A DNA stretch of 32,000 nt from the NCBI GenBank assembly GCA_003345555.1, contig PRDJ01000036.1:60001-92000 (forward strand), in the 5' to 3' direction. Under the pieces are notes generated by a model. It did no database searches. It worked only from the letters and a program-made list of their open reading frames with translations, and was not told the DNA's origin. Made by a program: the position numbers and the translations under genes. Shown piece by piece: positions 15,204 to 22,792 of this stretch. How positions within the stretch are numbered: position 1 is the first letter of the stretch; the number at the start of each line of letters is the position of its first letter. Source of the DNA: Candidatus Thorarchaeota archaeon (GTDB lineage: Archaea; Asgardarchaeota; Thorarchaeia; Thorarchaeales; Thorarchaeaceae).

Positions 15204-16406
15204 TTGAACACGATGTACGATGTTGCCATAGTAGGCGCAGGACCCGCCGGATCAACAGCTGCAAGGTACCTGGCCAAGCTGGGCTTCAGTACTTGTCTCA
15301 TTGACAAGTGTGGATTTCCCAGAGACAAACCGTGCGGCGGGGGCTTCTCTCCTCAGCTGCTCGAAGAATTCAGCTACCTGAAAGCTAGAGAAGACAGCTT
15401 TGCTGTGAGTATCTCGAAGACAGGCGTCCTTCATCCCAGGGGTCGGCTGGTCGCTCTCAGAGGTCGAGCAGATATGATGATGACACTGAGAGAGCAATTC
15501 GATAACGCGTTGCTCAATGAAGCCATCGATTGTGGGGCCCAGCCACTGACTTCCTGTAGGGTCAAGTCTGTTCAAGCCAGCAAAGAGAAGGTACTAGTTC
15601 ATACTTCTGAGGGAAAGGTTGTCGAGACAAAGGCCATTGTCGGCGCCGACGGAGTCAACAGCACCGTTGCCCGGGAGACAGGTCTCAACGTACGATGGCC
15701 CGCGGGATCGTTGACCGCGTGCAAAGTCATGGAGATTCCTGTCAATGAGTCGCGCATTACAGACTACTATGGCGAGGACAGGGAGTATCATTTCTTTGCG
15801 AACTTCGGAGGTCGTCCCGGCTATGGCTGGCTGTTTCCAAAAATCAATACTGTCAATGTGGGACTAGGTATTGTGACTAATGCCGGCGGAAGTCTGGTAG
15901 AACAGTTCTCTCTGTTTGTCAAGATGCTTCAGCATGAAGGACTTCTCATTCCTAGCGCCGAACCAGACTGTGCAAGGGGAGCTCTGGTTCCTACTGCGGG
16001 TCCAGTACCATGCACGATAGTAGACCGCGCACTTCTGGTAGGTGACTCTGCAGGCATGGTTAGTCCTTTGACTGGTGGAGGGATAGCCTATGCCATGCGT
16101 GCAGGCAAGTTTGCTGCCATTGCCCTCGCAGGGGCCCTAGAGCGGGAAGATCTCCGCGCCAAGTCACTTCTAACATATCAGAGAGCTTGGCAGCACAGCT
16201 TTGGACGTGATATGAAGCGTCAGCTGATTGCCCAGAAGCTTTTCACGAGCTCGATTGCCAATACCCTGTTTGAGATAGGCCATCGCGATTTGAAACTACA
16301 AGATATGGTAGCGCATCTGATGGCATCTGGCTCGACCAGCGCGGCCACTGCGGCAAGGATCGTTGGCAGGGTAGTATGGGTTTGTCTTAGGGAAGTTCTT
16401 CACTAG
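15204..16406 (+). CDS. Geranylgeranyl reductase family FAD-dependent oxidoreductase (DGGR-like)
   Basis: DVAIVGAGPAGSTAA, FPRDKPCGGG, REQFDNALLNEA, IVGADGVNS.VAR, GYGWLFPK...VNVGLG, LLVGDSAGMVSPLTGGGIAYAMRAG. Confidence 0.92.
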   Translation: MNTMYDVAIVGAGPAGSTAARYLAKLGFSTCLIDKCGFPRDKPCGGGFSPQLLEEFSYLKAREDSFAVSISKTGVLHPRGRLVALRGRADMMMTLREQFDNALLNEAIDCGAQPLTSCRVKSVQASKEKVLVHTSEGKVVETKAIVGADGVNSTVARETGLNVRWPAGSLTACKVMEIPVNESRITDYYGEDREYHFFANFGGRPGYGWLFPKINTVNVGLGIVTNAGGSLVEQFSLFVKMLQHEGLLIPSAEPDCARGALVPTAGPVPCTIVDRALLVGDSAGMVSPLTGGGIAYAMRAGKFAAIALAGALEREDLRAKSLLTYQRAWQHSFGRDMKRQLIAQKLFTSSIANTLFEIGHRDLKLQDMVAHLMASGSTSAATAARIVGRVVWVCLREVLH

Positions 16407-16575
16407 TGCGGCAGGGCGCAACAAAACCAAGAACCGCCCAGAGGCATATCACTGGCCTGCCGGCCGGGTCATCGTAAAAGGCCATTTACATAGACGAACG
16501 AGGGTCCCAAAGGGATAAATGGAGCATAACAATCGCTCCGCATACTTCCCTTTGTCATAACAGAGGAGAGAGATA

Positions 16576-18429
16576 ATGGCTAAGAAAGAAGGGAAACCCA
16601 AGAAGGAAGTGAAGAAGCCTGCTCCAGCTCCGGCAGAGGAACCGAAGCCCGCTGCTCCAGCTCCACCCAAACCGGCTCCTGCAGCTCCAGCTCCTGCTCC
16701 GAAACCAGCTCCTGCACCCGCTCCACCGAAACCAGCTGCCGCTCCGCCTAAGGAGGAGAGGCCTTGGCTCAAGAGCTATGTTGGAAAGACTCCACCGGAC
16801 ATCAAGATTCCAGATGGACCACTATACGCCGAACTTGACAAGGCTGTAGCGGAGTTTCCAAACAACGTTGCCCTCTACTACGAAGGAATCAAGATCACAT
16901 ACAAGCAACTTGGCACGTTCGTAGACAAGGCGGCGAATGGATTCGCATCAATTGGAGTCAAGAAAGGTGATACAGTCGCTATAATGCTTCCAAACTGCCC
17001 TCAGTTCGTGATATCCTACTTCGGCGCGCTCAAGTGTGGTGCCACAGTCACGCCAATCAACCCACTAAGTGTCGCAAAAGAGCTTAGGATATACTTGCAG
17101 GACACGAAAGCAAAGACAATCGTCGTTCTCAACTTCTTCTATCGTCTTGTCGAAGAAGTTCGCAAGGAATCCGACCTTGAAAACGTCATAGTCACAGCCG
17201 GTTGGGATCATCTGGGCTCAGCAAAGAGAGCTCTTGCTCCGAAAACCGTTTACAAGAAGGAAATGAAGGAAGTCCCGCCTCTTCGCAAGGGCGACCGCAA
17301 CTGGCTCGATTTTCTAGCGGCCGCCAAGCCCGAAGCACCGAAAGTCACCGTCGACCCTGCTAGGGATATCGCTGTCTACCAGTTCACAGGCGGAACCACC
17401 GGAACTCCCAAAGCAGCAATGCTGACACACAACAACCTGAAGGCGAATTGCTGCCAATGCAGTGCCTGGATGGATTGGATTGCCACAAGAGGCAAAGAAA
17501 TCATGGTCGCGGCACTTCCCTTGCAGCATATCTTCGGACAGACCGTGTCCATGAACCTTGCCATAGCATGGGCGAGCGGGATAATCCTGATACCCAATCC
17601 GCGTGACGTCAAGCATCTGCTATCTGAGATTGACAGCATCAAGCCAACCTTCTTCCCCATAGTGGCTACTATGGCAATTTCGGTCTATAGTCATCCTGAG
17701 GTGAAGAAGTACAAGCTGACCTCATTGAAGCTGGCAATCGCAGGTGCCATGGCGTTACCTGCCGAAGTCACTAAGCGGTTCGAGGATGCAACCAACGCTA
17801 TTATCATCGAAGGGTATGGTCTCACTGAGGCTTCGCCAGTTACTCATGCGAACCCCTTGGACAAGAGTCTCAGGAAGATTGGCTCGATTGGACTGCCGTT
17901 CCCAAGCACCTACAGCAGGATAGTGGACCTTGAGAACTCATCCAAGGTTCTAGGACCTGACGAAATCGGTGAACTCTCCGTCAAGGGTCCTCAAGTCATG
18001 CTTGGCTATCACAACCGACCCGATGAGACCTCAGCCGTATTGTCTAGAGACGGTTGGCTGCTCACAGGTGACATAGCTAAGATGGACAAGGACGGATGGA
18101 CATACATAGTCGACCGCAAGAAGGATTTGATCAATGCCGCTGGCTACAAGGTCTGGCCAAGGGATGTAGAAGAAATCCTATTCGAGCATCCCGCGGTCAA
18201 GGAGGCTGCTGTCATTGGCGTTCCTGACAAGGTTCGCGGCGAGACTGTGAAGGCGTTCATCATTCTCCAACCCGGCAAGACTGCGACGGAGGAAGACATC
18301 CGCAAGTTCTGCAAAGAGAAGATGGCCATCTACAAGGTTCCAACAACAGTTGAATTCGTCGATTCCTTGCCAAAGACCATGGTAGGAAAGGTCTTGCGCA
18401 GAGAACTGCGAGAGAAGACTCAGACATAG
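16576..18429 (+). CDS. fadD: Long-chain fatty acid--CoA ligase (LcfA/FadD-like) with Lys/Pro/Ala-rich N-terminal extension
   Basis: ANL motifs YQFTGGTTGTPKAAMLTH, EGYGLTEASPVTH, GELSVKGPQVMLGY, WLLTGDIA, DRKKDLI...GYKVWPRDVEE, LPKTMVGKVLRRELR. The substrate range is inferred from the family. Confidence 0.9.
   Translation: MAKKEGKPKKEVKKPAPAPAEEPKPAAPAPPKPAPAAPAPAPKPAPAPAPPKPAAAPPKEERPWLKSYVGKTPPDIKIPDGPLYAELDKAVAEFPNNVALYYEGIKITYKQLGTFVDKAANGFASIGVKKGDTVAIMLPNCPQFVISYFGALKCGATVTPINPLSVAKELRIYLQDTKAKTIVVLNFFYRLVEEVRKESDLENVIVTAGWDHLGSAKRALAPKTVYKKEMKEVPPLRKGDRNWLDFLAAAKPEAPKVTVDPARDIAVYQFTGGTTGTPKAAMLTHNNLKANCCQCSAWMDWIATRGKEIMVAALPLQHIFGQTVSMNLAIAWASGIILIPNPRDVKHLLSEIDSIKPTFFPIVATMAISVYSHPEVKKYKLTSLKLAIAGAMALPAEVTKRFEDATNAIIIEGYGLTEASPVTHANPLDKSLRKIGSIGLPFPSTYSRIVDLENSSKVLGPDEIGELSVKGPQVMLGYHNRPDETSAVLSRDGWLLTGDIAKMDKDGWTYIVDRKKDLINAAGYKVWPRDVEEILFEHPAVKEAAVIGVPDKVRGETVKAFIILQPGKTATEEDIRKFCKEKMAIYKVPTTVEFVDSLPKTMVGKVLRRELREKTQT
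16615..16749 (+). repeat. Imperfect in-frame low-complexity repeat (GCTCCA/GCTCCT units) encoding (K)PAPAP/PAAPAP
   Basis: Repeated gctccagctcc, aaaccggctcct and aaaccagctcct units at 16615-16749. Confidence 0.85.
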
Positions 18430-18438
18430 TCGACAACG

Positions 18439-18483
18439 GCGCTGCGGGTAACTATTCTAACCCACAGCGCTTCTGGCTTTTTT
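18439..18483 (+). terminator. Hairpin plus U-tract terminator candidate after the acyl-CoA ligase
   Basis: GCGCTG-C-GGGT ... ACCC-A-CAGCGC stem (18439-18470) followed by TTCTGGCTTTTTT, starting 10 nt after the stop. It lies between convergent genes. Confidence 0.6.
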
Positions 18484-18657
18484 GCAGGGCTTGACGCAAG
18501 TACTTCCTCCACGGTCCCGGGTTCAATCTGCACGTCGCACACGTGGTTTCTCAAAAGCCTTCTCGGTTTGGTTGTCGAGTCTTACAAACAGGTCAAGAAA
18601 GAATCTCAGATATTCTAACCACGTTTCTGACTCTCACAATGCTAGTGAGATCATGGG

Positions 18658-19218
18658 CTATCTGTCAGGATGGAGGATATCAGTTCGGAGGTTCCGTATC
18701 AGGCAGTGTATCTCAGGTCGGCCCAGCATCTTACGGCGTGCTTCAGACATATTGTTAATGACACACGCAACCCCCACTACGCTAGCGCCGAGCTTCTGCA
18801 CGACCCTCGCAACAGCAAATACAGTCGTCCCCTGAATAAGCCAATCATCTACGATAGCAACTCTGTCCCCGGGTGAGATGGAGTCTGAGACCAGCGCGAG
18901 TCTTCTGTCAGCGAATCTATCTGAAGGTAGAAATTCCACAGGTCTACTATAATCATCAGGTAGGTAAGCAATCGAACGAGCTGGAACGATTCCGCAGCCA
19001 AGGTAGTAAGCAATTGCACTTCCCAAGGCCAATCCTCTTTGTTCAATACCGATTATCTTGTTTGGTTTGAGCTCCACGATTGGTTTGGCTAGGGCCATGA
19101 CAGCTTCGTGGAAGATTCTTGGATTCTCTAGCAGCCTGCTTATGTCACAGACAGCTTTGCCGGGTGATGGCCAGTCCTTGATTACCTCGACGTAGTCTCT
19201 GAAATCAATCTCTGCCAA
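18658..19218 (-). CDS. apt: Adenine phosphoribosyltransferase-like type I PRTase
   Basis: IKDWPSPGKAVCDISRLL (cf. IPDFPKPGILFxDITxLL), IIGIEQRGLALG, PRPP loop RVAIVDDWLIQGTT, GASVVGVACVI. The PRPP loop is divergent. Confidence 0.75.
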   Translation of the reverse strand: MAEIDFRDYVEVIKDWPSPGKAVCDISRLLENPRIFHEAVMALAKPIVELKPNKIIGIEQRGLALGSAIAYYLGCGIVPARSIAYLPDDYSRPVEFLPSDRFADRRLALVSDSISPGDRVAIVDDWLIQGTTVFAVARVVQKLGASVVGVACVINNMSEARRKMLGRPEIHCLIRNLRTDILHPDR

Positions 19219-19403
19219 ATCGCCAACCTCTCACTCTATCTTCGAAAGTAAGCCGGCTCCTGAGATACGATACGGGTACAAAAACGTTCGCAACGTCCTT
19301 TGGGAGCTCAGCGAAATGGTTATCACACGTCACCGGTATTCTTCGATTGAAACTAGTTCAGTAAGAGGCGGCAAACCTGATAGTACCTGGGACAACTGTT
19401 GCA

Positions 19404-20636
19404 GTGACTCTCTTGCCGGGTTACGTCGAGGTCCGTGATAAGGGCATTCTAAGAAAGAAGATACCGACAAGCAACAGATCATTTGAAAACGTGTGCTCCG
19501 ATCTTGAGCGCTTCTTCAAGGACGCAGGAAAGAAGCTGCCGCCCGGCGTTGTAAGAGAAGCTCTACAGAGAATAGGTGTTCCTCAGGTTAAGATGATAAT
19601 CTCACAGGCGGAGCCACTAGAAGAATCACAAGCAAAGGTTGTCAAGGAGATTTCAGCCTCGGTTGAGGCTAGGAAGAAATCAAAGAGAAAGCCGAAGGTA
19701 GCCAAGAGTACAAGTAAGACAGAGGAAGTTCCTGAAGCGGCCAAGAAAGAACCAGCAGGTGACATATCTGGCATTGAGTATCACGACGTTGAAGAAGCTT
19801 TGAGCGTAGTGGAATCCCTGAGTGATTCGTTTCTCTCATCCAAGTCCAAGGATGCATCCCGTGCAACTCCTGACAAGGGTAAAATCAGTATCGAAGTCGA
19901 GGGAACCGAAGAGATAGTCGGTGCTCCCCGCTTGCGGGCGGCCATGCCAGAACAAGTGCCGCATGCGATCAAGGCCACTGCTGAACAGTTTCCGCCCTCA
20001 CCGACGGAGTCCGGCAGACCCAAGGAGGCGGCTCAGTCTCCCACACGCATACCCAAGACGCAGGTGATTGCAAAGGCCCTGATTCTGGGGGAAGAAGGCG
20101 TAGGCAAGTCATCATTGATAGCAAAGGGAGGCCTCAAGCCGCTCGAGTCAAGCCCTGAGGCAGAGAAGAGACCGTATGTCACGGAGAAAGTGATTGAGGT
20201 TGACAACTACAGAGTCAGGCTGCAGGCATGGCTATTTGACGCAGCTTCGGCCTCAAGAGTGACAAGAAAGGCGTTCTATGAAGATACTGGTCTCGTCATC
20301 ATTGTGTATAGCACATCAGACCGTTGGTCATTCGAGAGCATTGATTTCTGGCTCAAGGAGAGCATATCGGCCTCTGGGATACGACCTCCTGTGGTTATCG
20401 TCGGGAACAAGACCGACGTTCGAGCCAACTCACCCCTCGTGGACAGGGAGCCTCCGGTATCACCAGAAGAGGGATTGAAGTTGGCACATGAAATAGCCTC
20501 GAAGCTCGCATCGGGGCAGAAGACTCATCCAGTAGCCTTCATTGAGACCTCGTGCCTCACTGGCCAAGGTGTTGAGGACCTGTTTAGGATGGCTGCAGAG
20601 CTTTTCGTCAAGTCAATCAATCGACCGAAAGCATAG
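19404..20636 (+). CDS. Rab/Ras-like small GTPase domain with degenerate switch motifs and ~215-aa N-terminal extension
   Basis: G1 GEEGVGKS, G4 VIVGNKTD and G5 FIETSCLTG are present. G3 reads AWLFDAAS instead of WDTAG. Rab-like spacing includes IIVYSTSDRWSFESIDFWLKE. The N-terminal half is mostly K/E/S/P/A-rich. Confidence 0.85.
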   Translation: MTLLPGYVEVRDKGILRKKIPTSNRSFENVCSDLERFFKDAGKKLPPGVVREALQRIGVPQVKMIISQAEPLEESQAKVVKEISASVEARKKSKRKPKVAKSTSKTEEVPEAAKKEPAGDISGIEYHDVEEALSVVESLSDSFLSSKSKDASRATPDKGKISIEVEGTEEIVGAPRLRAAMPEQVPHAIKATAEQFPPSPTESGRPKEAAQSPTRIPKTQVIAKALILGEEGVGKSSLIAKGGLKPLESSPEAEKRPYVTEKVIEVDNYRVRLQAWLFDAASASRVTRKAFYEDTGLVIIVYSTSDRWSFESIDFWLKESISASGIRPPVVIVGNKTDVRANSPLVDREPPVSPEEGLKLAHEIASKLASGQKTHPVAFIETSCLTGQGVEDLFRMAAELFVKSINRPKA

Positions 20637-20771
20637 ACTACTACTTGCGCTGTACCGCATTGTGTGTTCGACTCGTCACATGAAGTGCTTGTTCACTGAA
20701 CCATGTGCCAACGAAAAACCGACGGATTCCATCGTCAGCAAATCCAAGCTCATCCTCAAACAAAACCCTAA

Positions 20772-21161
20772 TTGACTGGGAAGAGTAAAATAGGCGCTGG
20801 TCTCTCACCCGAATTGGCGGGCATAGCATATACGAGTGGAATGGTGATTACGACGCCGGACTTGTGCGAGAGTTGCGGACAAGAGATAGCACCATTCAAA
20901 CCAGCCAAGACTCTCGATGAGAGTTACTCGAATGACGAACAAAAGAGACTGAGCATATGTGAGGATTGCTTCAAGAAGCGGTTCAAAGTGACGACCAAGA
21001 GGAGTAGTGGCTATGGAGGCACAATCTATGACCTGGAAGAAAGACCTGCCCCCCGTTTTGGCATCGGCAGCAAGAAGCTCAGTTGCCTGAAATGCACGTG
21101 GGTTGCATGGACTGAGGAGGGCCTTGCCGTTCACATGAACAGGAGACATAAACCACAGTGA
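20772..21161 (+). CDS. Zn-binding protein with a CxxC...CxxC pair and a C-terminal C2H2 finger
   Basis: CESC-x27-CEDC, then CLKC-x12-H-x4-H (CLKCTWVAWTEEGLAVHMNRRH). Start is TTG 20772 or ATG 20840. Confidence 0.75.
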   Translation: MTGKSKIGAGLSPELAGIAYTSGMVITTPDLCESCGQEIAPFKPAKTLDESYSNDEQKRLSICEDCFKKRFKVTTKRSSGYGGTIYDLEERPAPRFGIGSKKLSCLKCTWVAWTEEGLAVHMNRRHKPQ

Positions 21162-21173
21162 TGGAGTCCTTGC

Positions 21174-21818
21174 TCAACTGCCTACGGCTGCCTGACTCTT
21201 CTCTTTGACAATTTCATGACCCGATAGGCCCACTCCTCTGACTCTGGAAGCCGCGGTCTCAAGCATGCCAATCCTGTAGGTTGTCGTCCGTGGACCGAGA
21301 CCCTGAAGCCATTCAAGCCCGGCCAGATCCAAACGGTTGTTGTGCAGAAAGTAAACCTTCAAGTCAGAGACCAAAGCCGCGCGCCTGTCAAAGAAACCGA
21401 CAATGATTCCAATAGTTGGTGCTGCGAAGGCAACCATCACCCATATGGCGGCCAACGGGTCGCTATTGAAGTACTCGTAGAAGAACAAGTACCCTGAGAT
21501 GACGGGCTGTACAAGAGCTAGCAGGACCAAGAGCAGAGCCACGTGTTGGGTCGCATCGTCGCTCCCGAGCCCCGACAGCCCGATTACATCTTGATTTGGC
21601 GTAACAAGATACACGAGCACTGCTCCAGAGGAGATACCCACCACGAGCGCCGAGGCAGCAATCAACATGAGATATGTAATCGGTGACTCAGTCCACACAT
21701 CGGGAAATCCTATGGAGGCCTGGATCAACAGTGACACACCGATAATTGCAGCACCAACGGCAAACCCTCTCCAACTGAAGAACTCGTATCGTTCCCCATG
21801 GAGAACTCCCTCAGACAT
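21174..21818 (-). CDS. Hypothetical membrane protein (four TM segments plus soluble C-terminal domain)
   Basis: Four hydrophobic helices and a ~75-aa hydrophilic tail. ATG start with GGAAGG RBS. Confidence 0.75.
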   Translation of the reverse strand: MSEGVLHGERYEFFSWRGFAVGAAIIGVSLLIQASIGFPDVWTESPITYLMLIAASALVVGISSGAVLVYLVTPNQDVIGLSGLGSDDATQHVALLLVLLALVQPVISGYLFFYEYFNSDPLAAIWVMVAFAAPTIGIIVGFFDRRAALVSDLKVYFLHNNRLDLAGLEWLQGLGPRTTTYRIGMLETAASRVRGVGLSGHEIVKEKSQAAVGS

Positions 21819-22088
21819 TCCTTCCGATTCTCTCTGACTATTCTATGGCCAAATATGTCCAATAATGAGATAAAGGTTCTGTTTACTGCTTCAACGCCGG
21901 CTCAAAGCTGCGCTCATCATCTCGAAGACTGCACAGGAACACGGGAAGCTCAAGATGCATGTGCCATTTGTTCCTCTAAGGCCGATTCACGAGGAGGGGA
22001 TTCCTGTGCTGGGAGGACCTTCTTTATTAGCAGACGACGCTCAGTAGGAGCGACTTCTCCGCAGAGGCCAGCGGTGGGGAGGAATCAG

Positions 22089-22784
22089 ATGAGTTCCGAG
22101 AATGTCATCGACCTAGACTCTGTTTCGAAGATATACAGGATGGGTGAGATTAAGGTTCCAGCCCTAAGGGGCGTGTCGCTGAGGGTAAAGAGAGGCGCAG
22201 CAATTGGAATCATGGGCCCGTCTGGCTCGGGCAAGACGACTCTTCTCAATCTTATCGGCGCGCTCGACCGACCAACGGATGGACGGGTCACTATAGACGG
22301 CGTGGACATTACACACATGAGCGAGAGCGAGCTAACACTCGTTAGAAGGAACAAGATATCGTTCGTGTTCCAATTCTTCAACCTGCTTCCGGTCTTGACA
22401 GCATACGAGAATGTCGAACTACCGCTGCTCATCAGTGGAGTCCCCGAAGTGGAGAGAAAGGAAAAGGTCGACCATCTGCTCGGACTGGTCGGTCTCACAG
22501 AGAGAGCAGACCATAGGCCGGACGAACTATCTGGCGGCGAACAGCAGCGAGTGGCCATTGCTCGCGCTCTGGCGAAACCAAAAGGCACGACGAGTTCCGT
22601 TATCGTCTTGGCCGATGAACCAACAGGGGACTTAGACACGCTTACTGGCTCAGATGTCATGAAGGTACTAATCGATCTCACCAAAGGAGAAGGAGGAACT
22701 CTTATCGTGGTCACGCATGACCCTGATGTTGGGAAACAGATGGATAAAGTCTACAACATGAGGGATGGCCGCATCGTCGATTAG
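22089..22784 (+). CDS. ABC transporter ATP-binding protein, LolD/MacB/SalX type
   Basis: Walker A GPSGSGKT, FVFQFFNLL, signature LSGGEQQRVAIARAL, LADEPTGDLD, VVTHD. The true start is taken as ATG 22089 (GGGGAGG RBS); the 97 upstream codons in the track look non-coding. Confidence 0.95.
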   Translation: MSSENVIDLDSVSKIYRMGEIKVPALRGVSLRVKRGAAIGIMGPSGSGKTTLLNLIGALDRPTDGRVTIDGVDITHMSESELTLVRRNKISFVFQFFNLLPVLTAYENVELPLLISGVPEVERKEKVDHLLGLVGLTERADHRPDELSGGEQQRVAIARALAKPKGTTSSVIVLADEPTGDLDTLTGSDVMKVLIDLTKGEGGTLIVVTHDPDVGKQMDKVYNMRDGRIVD

Positions 22785-22792
22785 CTTTCGGG

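Noticed and set aside
16449-16772. Gly/Ala-rich ORF on the minus strand
   Set aside because: It is the antisense shadow of the Pro/Ala repeat in the acyl-CoA ligase.
18505-18540. CCCGGGTTCAATC looks like a tRNA T-loop
   Set aside because: The flanks do not form a T-stem, and no acceptor, D or anticodon arms can be built.
18520-18654. Minus-strand ATG-ATC-TCA-CTA-GCA-TTG-TGA-GAG... read-through as a possible selenoprotein
   Set aside because: The TGA is not in a redox-motif context, the product would be tiny, and no SECIS-like element was identified.
19240-19400. GGAGCCGGCTTAC on the minus strand resembles the RNase P RNA 3' consensus
   Set aside because: The matching 5' GAGGAAAGTCC element is absent and the gap is too short; it is better explained as a divergent promoter region.
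21798-22088. 97-codon N-terminal extension of the ABC ATPase, and an 8-bp inverted repeat CACAGGAA/TTCCTGTG in the same gap
   Set aside because: The extension is not protein-like, overlaps the divergent gene start, and a strong RBS precedes ATG 22089. An 8-bp repeat with a ~60-nt spacer is expected by chance.
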